Source of the DNA: Lama glama
Lineage: Eukaryota
Direction: 5' to 3'
Assembly (NCBI GenBank): GCA_028534125.1
Contig: CM052817.1
Span: forward strand, 16,122,001-16,186,000
Length of the DNA stretch: 64,000 bases
A model generated the notes under the pieces. It saw only the letters and a list, made by a program, of their open reading frames with translations, searched no databases and had not been told where the DNA came from. Both the position numbers and the translations under genes were made by a program. Each line of letters begins with the position of its first letter. Position 1 is the stretch's first letter. Of the stretch, positions 63,925 to 64,000 are shown one piece after another.

Positions 63925-64000
63925 AATAGCATAATGTAGAGGTTAGAAGTGCAGATGCTGACTGCATTCAAATCCTGGCCCTGTCATTACTAGCTCTGTG
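63925..64000 (+). mobile_element. MIR 5' part, truncated by the window edge
   Basis: tagcataatgtagaggttagaagtgcag...ttcaaatcctggccctgtcattactagctctgtg. Confidence 0.7.

Noticed and set aside
1..64000. Prokaryote-type systems (CRISPR, operons, defence islands)
   Set aside because: Mammalian repeat-rich DNA with no regularly spaced direct repeats or gene-dense ORFs.

Overview
Mammalian non-coding DNA, probably from a camelid: two copies of a tRNA-derived SINE resemble the camelid Vic-1 family, cetartiodactyl-type L1 3' ends are present, and I saw no Alu, B1, Bov-tA or PRE-1 elements. I recognised no protein-coding exon, rRNA, tRNA or known miRNA. The six-frame ORFs are short and mostly overlap repeats. 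The window is a dense mosaic of old MIR, L2, L3, L1ME, MER5, MER20 and MER104-like fragments. Younger insertions with visible target-site duplications (TSDs) are two SINEs, a 5'-inverted twin-primed L1, an L1 inside a MER5A, and a solo ERV1 LTR. Several multi-kb repeat-poor islands look like a large intron or gene desert with regulatory elements. The most notable observations are a decayed Tc1/mariner (DD37D/maT-like) transposase C-terminus, the twin-primed L1, and a cluster of + strand splice signals with a dense YCAY tract at 12.9-13.4 kb. I could not establish a new biological system. Repeat family names and most old-repeat boundaries were assigned by eye and are approximate.
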